From an uncultured Clostridia bacterium (GTDB taxonomy: Bacteria > Bacillota > Clostridia > Christensenellales > UBA1242): a DNA stretch of 64,000 nt. This document shows positions 34,036-43,516 of this stretch, in pieces. The notes under the pieces are model-generated. The model had not been told where the DNA came from, made no database searches, and saw only the letters and a program-made list of their open reading frames with translations. A program made the translations under genes and the position numbers. Position 1 is the stretch's first letter, and every line of letters begins with the position of its first letter. Location: the NCBI GenBank assembly GCA_944372355.1, contig CALVYS010000001.1:32681-96680 (forward strand). The letters are read 5' to 3'.

Positions 34036-34797
34036 ATGGAAGATACTGAATATCCAATTGTCAAACATCATTACGATATGCTCAGAGACGATGTTTCGAA
34101 AGTGATAAAAAAGCTTGATCGCGAGCTTGCGTTTTATCGCTTTTATTTCGACAGCCGTGTCAAGGGTGTGGAAACCATCTATGACACTCCAACCGATTTG
34201 CTTTCCAGTGCAGGCATAGTGCTCAGCAAACAGTTTGAAAATGGCAAATCCTATTTCAAAGTCAGAAAAATTTCATATTTGCCAACCGAACTGAGAAAGC
34301 CAAGCTCCAAATTTTATTTGGCCGAGTGCAGCGGAAAAGAAACTCCGAAGGACTATCCAATTCAAATTGCCTCAGCCATCAACAACGCATTTTCAAACGT
34401 TTTCACAATCGACCTTGTTGAAGTTGTAAAACAGACGATTCCAAGATATGAAATCAAGGTTAAGGGAGAGCTTTACACTTTGACAAGTGGAACGGGAATG
34501 AAAGGTTCCATCATGTTTGAAAACGCCACTTACAAAGATTTTTCAACTGGCAGAAAGGTGAAAAAGAAGGGCGCGACAGTGGCACTTCCAAGTGATCCAA
34601 CCTTCAAGAAAGAGGTTGAAGAGGTGCTCGACGCCATCGAACGCAAATGTAAAGAGCTTTTTCCATACAACGAAAGCAGATTTGAAATTGCACAAAGGGT
34701 GCTCAGGCCAAAAAAACAAACAGGTCCGAAACTCAGCCGCAAAGAGATGAAGGAAAAATTGAAAAATCAAAACGAGCAAGATCAAAACGAAGCTTAG
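34036..34797 (+). CDS. hypothetical protein, possibly CYTH-like, with a Lys-rich tail
   Basis: VETIYDTPTDLLSSAGIVLSKQ resembles the CYTH pattern (YfDtpd..L...g..LR). AAGGGGG SD before the ATG at 34036. Weak assignment. Confidence 0.45.
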   Translation: MEDTEYPIVKHHYDMLRDDVSKVIKKLDRELAFYRFYFDSRVKGVETIYDTPTDLLSSAGIVLSKQFENGKSYFKVRKISYLPTELRKPSSKFYLAECSGKETPKDYPIQIASAINNAFSNVFTIDLVEVVKQTIPRYEIKVKGELYTLTSGTGMKGSIMFENATYKDFSTGRKVKKKGATVALPSDPTFKKEVEEVLDAIERKCKELFPYNESRFEIAQRVLRPKKQTGPKLSRKEMKEKLKNQNEQDQNEA

Positions 34798-34815
34798 GCT
34801 TCGTTTTTTTAAAGG

Positions 34816-36309
34816 TTGTCCTGTTTTTGCAGGCTGTCGCATATATTTAAAATTGTGAAAAACAGATCTGGCAGAAACGCACTTCCATTTCAAAACAAGC
34901 TTTGCTATGGCATCGGAGGGCTTGGTTACAACTCGCTTTCCCAAACCATGGGTTCTTTTTTGATGTTTTTCTGCACCTCTATTATGGGGCTTTCAGGCAC
35001 ACTGGTTGGGCTTGCCATTGGCATTGCGTCTCTGTGGGACGGCGTCAGTGATCCGCTGGTTGGGCATCTTTCTGACAAAGCCAAAGTCGGCTTTTTTGGC
35101 AAACGGCTGAAATTTATGCTGCTTGCAGTTTTTTGCATTGCATTTTGCAATCTGGCCCTTTGGAGCATGCCTCAGACCAGCCAATTTGGAATGTTTGTTT
35201 GGCTGCTCTTGTTTTTGCTGCTGCTGGAAACAGCAAACACCTTTTGGTCAACTCCGTTTTCAGCGCTTGCCCTTGACATAGCGCCTGATTACAATGAGCA
35301 ATCAAAAATTCAATCTTACAAAACCTTTTTTAATGTGATAGGCATGATCTTGCCAAGCCTTTTGATGTTTTGGATCATGCCATCACTGACTTTGGGAACA
35401 GATGCGGCGGAGGCCAGTCAAGGAGGATTTATAAAAATTGCCTTGTTGAATGGTGCACTTGTCATAGTTTTTGGATTGATTGCCATTTTTGGAAATTTGA
35501 AAAGGGTGCGAAGATTTGTTGAATATGGAAATCCTCCGTCAAAAGAAAAGCACGCCATCAAAAACCTCATGCTGGGGTATTTCGACGTGTTTAAAAAATC
35601 CAGCTTTGCTTGTTTGATTTTGGGTTATTCAATAGCGCAAATTGCCTCTTCATTTTTGACCTCGGTCGGCATGCACCTTTTCACTTATTGTTATCACTTT
35701 TCCACGGCAAAAATTTCGCTGCTTTTGATCGTTTTGTTTGGCGGCGCCATCATATCGCAACCTGTTTGGGTGGGGCTTGCCAAAAGAATAGACAAAAAAG
35801 GCGCGCTGATTTCTGCACTTTCCTTGCTGTTGTTAGGAATTGGACTCACGCTTATTTCTTTTCTTTTTAGGCAATATGTGCCAGTTGACACACTGTTCAT
35901 ATTTGTGATTGTTTGCATCTTTATTTGCGGCTTTGGATTGGGTGCAATGTATTCACTTCCAATTTCTATGTACGCTGACGTGGTCACGTTGGAGCAATAC
36001 AAAAGCGGAGTCAACAGGTCGGGAGCTTATCTTGGATATTATTCTTTCACTTACAATCTTTCAAACTCCATTTCCATGTTGTTTATAGGCATTTTGCTTG
36101 ATGCCATAAAATTCGACTCCTCGCAACCCGTGCAGGCTTTAAGCGTGCAAACCGGCCTTGGAACCATCGTCTTTTGTGGTTGCTCAATCGCATTAGCAAT
36201 CGCCATTGCTATATTTTCAAGATACAAGGTCAAAAGGGCAGATGTTTTAAAAGCACAGTTGAAACTTGGCAAAACTTCCAAGGGCGCGCAAGAAAATCCC
36301 GAGAGCTAG
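34816..36309 (+). CDS. GPH-family (MelB-like) MFS sugar:cation symporter
   Basis: KLCYGIGGLGYNSLSQTMGSFLMFF...LWDGVSDPLVGHLSDK signature and about 12 TM segments. Start uncertain (TTG at 34816 or GTG at 34855). Confidence 0.8.
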   Translation: MSCFCRLSHIFKIVKNRSGRNALPFQNKLCYGIGGLGYNSLSQTMGSFLMFFCTSIMGLSGTLVGLAIGIASLWDGVSDPLVGHLSDKAKVGFFGKRLKFMLLAVFCIAFCNLALWSMPQTSQFGMFVWLLLFLLLLETANTFWSTPFSALALDIAPDYNEQSKIQSYKTFFNVIGMILPSLLMFWIMPSLTLGTDAAEASQGGFIKIALLNGALVIVFGLIAIFGNLKRVRRFVEYGNPPSKEKHAIKNLMLGYFDVFKKSSFACLILGYSIAQIASSFLTSVGMHLFTYCYHFSTAKISLLLIVLFGGAIISQPVWVGLAKRIDKKGALISALSLLLLGIGLTLISFLFRQYVPVDTLFIFVIVCIFICGFGLGAMYSLPISMYADVVTLEQYKSGVNRSGAYLGYYSFTYNLSNSISMLFIGILLDAIKFDSSQPVQALSVQTGLGTIVFCGCSIALAIAIAIFSRYKVKRADVLKAQLKLGKTSKGAQENPES

Positions 36310-36428
36310 CCTCGGGATTTTTCGCCGCTTTTGCGGCGAAGGTGGGCTTCAATGCCCACCTTGCGCGCCCGGTCATTACAGCATGAATTTTTTCACTTTC
36401 TCCGGCCACACTAAAAGTGGAGGAAAAA

Positions 36429-36917
36429 ATGAAAACAAAATTGCTGTCTATTATCGCGCTTGGCCTGTCTGTCAGTCTGTTAATGACAGGTTGTGGCAAA
36501 ACACTTACATATGGAATTCTTGAAAGAGATTCGGCGCTGACCGGAGGAAATTTAAGTTTTGTTTATGATGAAAACACCCACACTGCAACTTTCGGTAGCG
36601 AAGGTGAGGTGGTCGCTTATTATCCTGCCGAGCCGGAACTTGGAAGGTCAGCAGGCAACAGAATTGGAGTGAAGATCTATGCTCCAAGCGAAGTTACAGA
36701 TTATTCGAAAGCCAAATTATATTTTGAGGGAAGCGAATATGTCGGTGGTTCGTTTATGACCATGGTGTATGACCAGGTGCAAAATTATTTTGTGCTCACT
36801 CCGATTGTCAGCGAAGACCATCGCGAGCTTAAAGTTTATGTCACTTGGCTGCAAGATTTCGAGCAGCAAACCTACACCATCAAAATTGCAGATGGCACAA
36901 AATTTGCCTCAGCCTAG
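36429..36917 (+). CDS. lipoprotein, unknown function
   Basis: MKTKLLSIIALGLSVSLLMTGC lipobox. GGAGG SD. Confidence 0.65.
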   Translation: MKTKLLSIIALGLSVSLLMTGCGKTLTYGILERDSALTGGNLSFVYDENTHTATFGSEGEVVAYYPAEPELGRSAGNRIGVKIYAPSEVTDYSKAKLYFEGSEYVGGSFMTMVYDQVQNYFVLTPIVSEDHRELKVYVTWLQDFEQQTYTIKIADGTKFASA

Positions 36918-36962
36918 TCAAATCAGTTTTTTAAATTCTGAAAGTGTGATATAATCTCTTTC

Positions 36963-37790
36963 ATGAAAAGAGAAGAAGTTAAAATTGAAGACGAGCCTTC
37001 CAATGCAAAAGCAGCGGTGGCTGAGAAGAAAGAACACAAAAAGTTTGACAAAAACGAGTTTTTTAGAGTGTTGAAATTTGTGGGCTTTTCAATTTCTGCG
37101 GGAGTCATACAGCTTGGCTCTTTTGAAATCTTGTATCATGCAATCAATTGGAACAACTGGTGGGCATGCTATCTGATTTCGATAATACTGTCTGTGATTT
37201 GGAATTTCACATTCAACAGAAAGTTCACCTTTCAGTCGGCAAACAACATTTACATAGCTATGGGCTGGACGCTATTGTATTATGCCGCATTTATTCCAAT
37301 TTCTGTGTTTGGCGGCGATGCACTTGAAAGCATTGGCTGGCATGGAACTCTTGTGACTGTGCTTATGATGCTGTTAAATTTTGTGACCGAATTTTTGTGG
37401 CAAAGATTGTTTGTGTTCCGCAAGTCCATAAATTCCAAGCCGCTTGCAAAAACAGTTCACATGCATTTGCAAAGCCAGCCGTTTGAAAGCATCGCAAGTG
37501 GCAAAAAGACGGTTGAAATGCGACTTTTTGATGACAAACGCAAAGATTTGCATGTTGGAGACAAAATAATTTTCACAAAAGATGGTGAAGAAAATCAAAA
37601 ACTCAAAGTGAAAATAACAAAGCTGAACAAGTTTGCTTCCTTCACAGAGTTGTATGATGCCTATGAAGACAAAAGCGTTTTAGGATATGGCCCAGATGAC
37701 AAGGCAGATCCAAAAGATATGGAAAAGTATTACACAGATCAGCAACAAGAAAATGGAGTGCTTGCAATTGAATTTGAATTAAAAAAATAA
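36963..37790 (+). CDS. GtrA-family membrane protein fused to a C-terminal ASCH domain
   Basis: The N-terminal half carries the GtrA motif (FVGFSISAGVIQLGSF...VIWNFTFNRKFTF). The C-terminal ~110 aa (ESIASGKKTVEMRLFDDKRKDLHVGDKIIF...GVLAIEFEL) fits the ASCH beta-barrel pattern. Confidence 0.7.
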   Translation: MKREEVKIEDEPSNAKAAVAEKKEHKKFDKNEFFRVLKFVGFSISAGVIQLGSFEILYHAINWNNWWACYLISIILSVIWNFTFNRKFTFQSANNIYIAMGWTLLYYAAFIPISVFGGDALESIGWHGTLVTVLMMLLNFVTEFLWQRLFVFRKSINSKPLAKTVHMHLQSQPFESIASGKKTVEMRLFDDKRKDLHVGDKIIFTKDGEENQKLKVKITKLNKFASFTELYDAYEDKSVLGYGPDDKADPKDMEKYYTDQQQENGVLAIEFELKK

Positions 37791-37957
37791 TCCGCAAAAA
37801 TGCGGACTATTTTTTTGTATGCTGCACTTTTTTGTGTAAAAATTAAAAATATTTTTTCGCTTGTCAATAATTTTGAAAAAAATAGATTTTTTTATTTGAA
37901 AAATCATTTTTTTACAATTGCTTGATATGTTATAATTTTTTCAAATAGGAGAGGTTT

Positions 37958-40699
37958 ATGGAAACAACTGTGACAGCCCAAGAAGAGGTGGCAAAAAAGC
38001 CAAAGAAGAAAATCGATTGGTGGAAGGTTTTGGAGTTTAGCCTGCCAGCCTTGATTGCACTGGGCATTTTCTTTTTTGCGATGATAATAAAGGGCGTCTA
38101 TCCTTTTGGTGACAATCATATAGGATATATCGATTACGACGATGGGCTGGTTCCGGCTTACACCTATCTGTGGGACGTGCTGCATGGAAATGCCAACGTT
38201 TTTGTGGATTGGAATTTGGGCGCTGGTGGCAGTTTTGTGACCTCGGCGATTACAAACAGTTTTCTTTCTCCAATAAGCTGGTTGATTGCAATCTTCCCGC
38301 GTTCTGGCATCATGTATGGCATCGCATTTTTGGTTGTGATCAAACTCATGCTGATGGCGACCACAGCCTACATCTGCTTTAAGAAATATTTTCCAAACAT
38401 CAGCAAGTGGTTGCTTTTGCTGTTTTGTTTGACCTGGACTTTCTCGGGCTGGACTCTTGTGCATTTCACCAACATTGGCTGGCTGGACATTATGATTTTG
38501 CTGCCACTTTTATTGATATCAATGAAAAAATTGGTTTCAACTGGCAAGATATTTTGGACTGTCATCATTCTTTCTTACATGCTGATGCTTTCTTATTACA
38601 TCACTTACATGGTTTTGGTTGGTGTTGTGGTGATCGCAACGCTTTATGTTTGCCTTTTGGCCAAGGATAAAAAACGCACAGCTTCCAGTTTGTTTTGGGC
38701 GATCATCATAAGCATCTTGATCAGCGCGGTGGCCTTCATTCCTTCATGTTTGACTTCGCTGCAAGCACACAGATTTGGGTCAGCAGAGGAGAGTGGAATA
38801 GGCAGCCTTTTTGAAAACTTTTTCACAAAACTTTCTGTAATAATAATGTTTGCACTTCCAGTGGTCTTTTTTGTAAGACTTTTGTGCACATATAAAAAAG
38901 ACAAAAAAACCGTGCTGTTTTTTATGCTGGCTTTCATCATCTGTTCGATTGGTTTGATCATTGAACCGATCAATGAAATGTGGCACACCGGCAGTTATTA
39001 CAGTTTCCCTTTCAGATACAGCTTTGTGATAATTTTGCTTATGATCTTTGGTTCGCTTTATTACATCAACAAATACATCTCTTCGCCGCAGGAAGAGCTT
39101 TCCACAGAGAACGCAGAAAAACCTGAAAAAAAGCAAAAAGTTGGTTGGGTTTGGGCACTTCTGCCACCTGTGATGGGCGCTGCAATCATTGCGACCATCT
39201 TAGGCGGCCTCATGGCAACGCTGTTTATTCCTTACAGGCCGATGAGCATTAGACAAGCGATTTTGTGGATTGTGATTTTTGCGGCGACATATGGGACGAT
39301 AGAATTGCTGCTTCGATTGAAATCTGAAAAACTCAAACTTGGCAAAATGGCAGGTGGCGCGATAATCTTTGCTCTTTGCATAGCTCAAATTTTTGCGCTG
39401 ACAGTTGGGTTTGTGGGAGTGCCAGACAGCAACATTGAAAGAATCACCAATGCCGAGCAGATTGACACTTCGATTTTGGAAGATGGTTATAAGCTTAAAG
39501 ATCGCGAGGCACTTTACAATCACAATTTTGGATATATAACTTCCTATCCAACTCTCTCCACTTGGATTCATATTTCCAGTGAGCAGCAGTTTCAGGCATA
39601 TAACATGCTGGGATATAATTCAAGCTCGACCATTTTGTTCTCCTCAGGTGGAACCATGATGACCGATGTGCTGCTTGGCAACAAATATGTGCTTTCAAGA
39701 GAGGAGTTGAATGCAAGCTATTACACTCTTCTTGACACCTTCAATTTTGTCGACGAGTCCAGCAAAGAGGAAGGGGAGATCAACCTCTACGAGCTCAACT
39801 TTGAAATACATCCAGCCTATGCTGTGAATTCCGACCTATCGCAAGTGCTTTCTGAATGGGAAACCTGGTTTGACGCGCAAAATCTGCTGTTTAAGGAGCT
39901 TTATGGCTCGCAAGAAAATGTCATCGAAACTTTTGATGCGTCAATCGTTATCACTCCTTTTGAGCTCACAGATGAGGAAATCGAACAAAATCCTGATGCA
40001 ATTTCAAAGGGCTATGTGATTGAATTGCAGGTTCCGACTGACAAAAACATCTATCTCGCAAGCACAATTTCTTCTGGTTTAAACGCGACAATCAATGGCC
40101 TGGATCGCTCGATATATTATGGACTCACCGACCTTGGCTTTAACGAAACTGGAAGAATTGAAATTGTCGTGGAAGATTTGGAAGAAAATTTAACCGAACA
40201 AAACATTTTGGACGCCTTCTCATTTGGGGCTTTTGATGCCGAACTTTTCGCTTCGGAACATGCTGAGTTTGCAACCAACAACTCGATCGACCTGCAATTA
40301 AATGGAGACTCGATTCAACTGCAATATAACAACACAGAAGGTTACGCCTATGCTTTCGTGCCTTACACTTATCTAAACAATATGACTGGCACAAACAATG
40401 GTGAAAGCGTTGAAGTAAAGACGGCCTTTGAGGGCTTTATGTTTGTTCAACTTCAAGATGGCGAAAACCAAATCACCATCACTTACGAACCGCAGTATTT
40501 GAAAATCTGCCTTATTGTCACCTTGGTGGCGATTGCACTGTTTGTGATTTTCTCGGGGCTAAATTGGAAGTTTGATCTGGCAAGCAAAAAGTGGATTGTG
40601 TGGCCAGGTTTCATCGGAGCGTGTTTGATCTTAGGTGTTGTGGGAGTGCTGGTTTACATCAAGCCATTTTTCTATGATTTCTTCGTCAGACTGTTTTAA
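37958..40699 (+). CDS. YfhO-family polytopic membrane glycosyltransferase-like protein
   Basis: 913 aa. Many TM segments followed by a large extracytoplasmic domain and a final TM. The N-terminal region (GVYPFGDNHIGYIDYDDGLVPAYTYLWDVLHG) is YfhO-like. Confidence 0.7.
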   Translation: METTVTAQEEVAKKPKKKIDWWKVLEFSLPALIALGIFFFAMIIKGVYPFGDNHIGYIDYDDGLVPAYTYLWDVLHGNANVFVDWNLGAGGSFVTSAITNSFLSPISWLIAIFPRSGIMYGIAFLVVIKLMLMATTAYICFKKYFPNISKWLLLLFCLTWTFSGWTLVHFTNIGWLDIMILLPLLLISMKKLVSTGKIFWTVIILSYMLMLSYYITYMVLVGVVVIATLYVCLLAKDKKRTASSLFWAIIISILISAVAFIPSCLTSLQAHRFGSAEESGIGSLFENFFTKLSVIIMFALPVVFFVRLLCTYKKDKKTVLFFMLAFIICSIGLIIEPINEMWHTGSYYSFPFRYSFVIILLMIFGSLYYINKYISSPQEELSTENAEKPEKKQKVGWVWALLPPVMGAAIIATILGGLMATLFIPYRPMSIRQAILWIVIFAATYGTIELLLRLKSEKLKLGKMAGGAIIFALCIAQIFALTVGFVGVPDSNIERITNAEQIDTSILEDGYKLKDREALYNHNFGYITSYPTLSTWIHISSEQQFQAYNMLGYNSSSTILFSSGGTMMTDVLLGNKYVLSREELNASYYTLLDTFNFVDESSKEEGEINLYELNFEIHPAYAVNSDLSQVLSEWETWFDAQNLLFKELYGSQENVIETFDASIVITPFELTDEEIEQNPDAISKGYVIELQVPTDKNIYLASTISSGLNATINGLDRSIYYGLTDLGFNETGRIEIVVEDLEENLTEQNILDAFSFGAFDAELFASEHAEFATNNSIDLQLNGDSIQLQYNNTEGYAYAFVPYTYLNNMTGTNNGESVEVKTAFEGFMFVQLQDGENQITITYEPQYLKICLIVTLVAIALFVIFSGLNWKFDLASKKWIVWPGFIGACLILGVVGVLVYIKPFFYDFFVRLF

Positions 40700-40712
40700 C
40701 AAAAAAGCGATG

Positions 40713-41927
40713 CTATTTTGCATCGCTTTTGCAATTTAAAACCACCTTTATTGTGTCTTTTGGATTTTCAATCAAAAGTTTGAAAGCCTTTTTGTAGTCA
40801 TCAAGAGGGAAGCGGTGGGTTATGAAGCCGTCAGTTATCAGTTGATGATTCAGCATCATCTCCTTGACCATTTCAAAAGTTTGTTTTGGCTTGCCATTGA
40901 CAATTTCGAGGCCGTGTGAGTCGGCGCCTATGATTTGCAAGCCCTGCCACCAGATTGGAGTTTCGTCAAATTTGGTTTTGGTCATTTGGTAGCCGACTTT
41001 AACAAGGGTGCCCTGCGCTTTCAGCCATCTCAAAGTGTCGTTGAAAAGTGTGCCCTTGCCAACGCAATCAAAGATGACATCAAAGCCGCCCATTATCATG
41101 CGGTTTTTGCCTTTCCCATAAAGTTTGCCGTCGGTTGCTTTTGCCACAACGGCATATGGATCGCCAGAGAGAATTTCATCTGCGCCAAGTTTTTTTGCAA
41201 ATTCGTGCTTGTTTGGATTGTTTTCCATGACATAAATTTTGCACTTAGGTTGCAAAAGTTTTGCAAACTGAATGACGTTGAGGCCAATCATTCCTGCACC
41301 AATCACCAAAACCTTGTCATCAGGATTTGGCACGTGTTTTAAAACCGCGTGCAGAGAAACCGCAAAGGGCTCAATCAACACCGCATCGTCATCGCTTAAA
41401 CCATCCACTGACATCAGCTGACCTTCTGGTGCGATGTAGCTGTCGCCCATGCCGGCGCCTGCTGTGATTTCGAATTTTGCAGGCTCGCCATAGTTTTCGC
41501 AATCAGAGTAGTTGCCCATTTTGCACATAGGGCAAAATTCTTCTGGCAAAAATCCTTTAAGTTCGCAGCTTGCAAGATATTTTCTCATGCACACCCTGTC
41601 GCCAATTTTGAAGTTTTTGACTTTGCTGCCAACTTCCACCACTTCGCCAACCGTTTCATGACCAAGATAGGTGACGTCTGAACATGGCATTGGCAAAAAC
41701 GCAGTGCTCGGCCCTTGTGCGCAACGATAAAAGGTCATGTCAGAGCCGCAAATTCCAGTTTGAATGTTTCTCACTCGCACCCAGTTTTCAGCCGGCAGTT
41801 TTGGGTCCGGGAGTTTTTTGTAGACCACAGGCGAAAGCTTGCTGTGATAGGCTTTTTTAGAAAATGCTGAAAGCACTTTGATGATCGCCACTTTTGAAAT
41901 TTTTCCTTCAAATAAAATCGTTTTCAT
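40713..41927 (-). CDS. zinc-dependent medium-chain alcohol/polyol dehydrogenase
   Basis: GICGSDMTFY, GHETVGEVVEVG and a Rossmann VLVIGAGMIGL. Confidence 0.85.
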   Translation of the reverse strand: MKTILFEGKISKVAIIKVLSAFSKKAYHSKLSPVVYKKLPDPKLPAENWVRVRNIQTGICGSDMTFYRCAQGPSTAFLPMPCSDVTYLGHETVGEVVEVGSKVKNFKIGDRVCMRKYLASCELKGFLPEEFCPMCKMGNYSDCENYGEPAKFEITAGAGMGDSYIAPEGQLMSVDGLSDDDAVLIEPFAVSLHAVLKHVPNPDDKVLVIGAGMIGLNVIQFAKLLQPKCKIYVMENNPNKHEFAKKLGADEILSGDPYAVVAKATDGKLYGKGKNRMIMGGFDVIFDCVGKGTLFNDTLRWLKAQGTLVKVGYQMTKTKFDETPIWWQGLQIIGADSHGLEIVNGKPKQTFEMVKEMMLNHQLITDGFITHRFPLDDYKKAFKLLIENPKDTIKVVLNCKSDAK

Positions 41928-42055
41928 TTGCTTCTCCTTGCAAAAATTATAACATCTTTTGTCAAAATGTAAAAAAGATTTAACAAAGTGGAAAGGAAAA
42001 CGATCTAGAATAATTCTTTGCTTTTTGAAGACAATAAAGTAAGGAGGGAAAAGAA

Positions 42056-42304
42056 ATGATTATTGCAAATTACATCGCGTATGTTTTAGTTCTCATTGGC
42101 GGCCTCAATTGGGGGCTGGTTGGTATTTTCAATTTTGACCTCGTAAATTGGATGTGCGGAGGCAGAAATGCGGGCTCAATCATCATTTACGTGATCATCT
42201 TGCTTGCAACTATTTGGCTAATCATCTCGCCAATTCTTTCACGCGGAATGCTTGATCTCGGCTGCAAATATAGAAAAAGCATGCAAAATGACAAAAAAGA
42301 CTAG
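42056..42304 (+). CDS. DUF378 small membrane protein
   Basis: LIGGLNWGLVGIFNFDLV signature. Confidence 0.8.
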   Translation: MIIANYIAYVLVLIGGLNWGLVGIFNFDLVNWMCGGRNAGSIIIYVIILLATIWLIISPILSRGMLDLGCKYRKSMQNDKKD

Positions 42305-42320
42305 CATTTAGCTAGTCTTT

Positions 42321-42809
42321 TTAATTAAAATACGTGATTTTGTAATAAGAAGTTTTTATCTCAAACCTTTCGCCTTGTGCGTCGATAATTTCAAGATTGC
42401 CATTTGAATGCACTTTAACTTGAACAAAATGTTCTGTGATTTCTGTTATGCTCCATAAAATATATTTGTTTTCAGAAGAAGAAAAATATTTGTAGCTTGT
42501 GTTTTCAGCAAAATTTAACGTTTTGTTTGTGCCCATATCAACGCGGCTGACGGGTTCTTTAATCTCAGCAGTTGAAGAGTCGTATTCGGATTGAGAGACT
42601 TCCAGCACTTCTGTGTCAAAAGCATAATATGAATCAAGGCTATTCATGTCGCCATTTTCATCTAGGTAACTGACAGTTGCGGCCGCGCTGAAACCTTCAA
42701 CAAATTGTCCTATTTTTTCAACAGTTTCATTGCAGCCAAACATAAAGCAACAACAAAACAGAATTAGTGAAAAAGACATTACTGCAAAAACACTTTTTTT
42801 CATAATCAC
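42321..42809 (-). CDS. lipoprotein, unknown function
   Basis: Signal peptide ending in the FMFGC lipobox. Shares a bidirectional terminator (42293-42322) with the DUF378 gene. Confidence 0.6.
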   Translation of the reverse strand: MIMKKSVFAVMSFSLILFCCCFMFGCNETVEKIGQFVEGFSAAATVSYLDENGDMNSLDSYYAFDTEVLEVSQSEYDSSTAEIKEPVSRVDMGTNKTLNFAENTSYKYFSSSENKYILWSITEITEHFVQVKVHSNGNLEIIDAQGERFEIKTSYYKITYFN

Positions 42810-42919
42810 TCCTTAAATTATTTTAACATATTGTTTTGGCTTTTGCAATGAAAAAAATTATGATATATGTTTGATAAGCAAAATAAAATTTTATTAGAAT
42901 ATAAAAAAAGAAGTGTGTT

Positions 42920-43225
42920 ATGAATTTTATAAAAAGAATGTTTGGCGCAAAAGCGCAATATATAATGATGGTGGATGACACGCGTGTAAGCAGCAAGAGA
43001 CTGGGTGTGCAGTCGATCATCTTGGCAATTGTCGGTTTGTGTGTTGTGACTGTTGGCGTTGTGGCAGGCAGTTTGCTTGCCCATGAGCTTTCGCTTGCTG
43101 CATCGGCGGAGGAATACAGTTTTCCAATATTCACTTTCATCGGTGTGATTTTGTGTTATTGCATAGCGTTGGCAGCCTTTTTGAGTTGCTCGCTCAGCAA
43201 AAACGAAGCTGTTACGCTTCGTTAA
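42920..43225 (+). CDS. hypothetical small membrane protein
   Basis: 101 aa with two hydrophobic segments. Weak start context. Confidence 0.4.
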   Translation: MNFIKRMFGAKAQYIMMVDDTRVSSKRLGVQSIILAIVGLCVVTVGVVAGSLLAHELSLAASAEEYSFPIFTFIGVILCYCIALAAFLSCSLSKNEAVTLR

Positions 43226-43227
43226 TC

Positions 43228-43249
43228 TTTTTGGTAGCCTCAAGGGGAG
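43228..43249 (-). repeat. orphan copy of the tRNA-Glu 3' end (22-nt exact direct repeat of 43358-43379)
   Basis: TTTTTGGTAGCCTCAAGGGGAG occurs at 43228 and again, 130 bp away, as the 3' acceptor/T-stem end plus flank of tRNA-Glu. Confidence 0.8.
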
Positions 43250-43361
43250 CCATACCCTAAAAATGATAAATCATTTTCAGGGAACCCACGAACCCAAGGG
43301 TTCGACTCCTTTGCTGCTTAAAGTTATAAAAAAAACGAAGACTTTACTTCGCTTTATTTTT

Positions 43362-43436
43362 TGGTAGCCTCAAGGGGAGTCGAACCCCTCACTCCGCCGT
43401 GAAAGGGCGATGTCTTAACCGATTGACCATGAGGCC
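43362..43436 (-). tRNA. tRNA-Glu (anticodon UUC), CCA encoded
   Basis: Hand-folded from the reverse complement. Acceptor GGCCTCA/TGAGGCT, anticodon arm TCGCC-CTTTCAC-GGCGG, T arm AGGGG-TTCGACT-CCCCT. Confidence 0.9.
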
Positions 43437-43516
43437 ACATGACTTGCGGACGAAAACGATTATAATCGAAAACACGCAGCAAAGTCAAGTGTTTTGGATA
43501 AAAAAGTCATTTTGTT

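Noticed and set aside
42818-43243. 141-aa and 105-aa minus-strand ORFs overlapping the 42920-43225 region
   Set aside because: The products look like AT-rich shadow translations with no signals. The plus-strand membrane ORF is itself only weakly supported.
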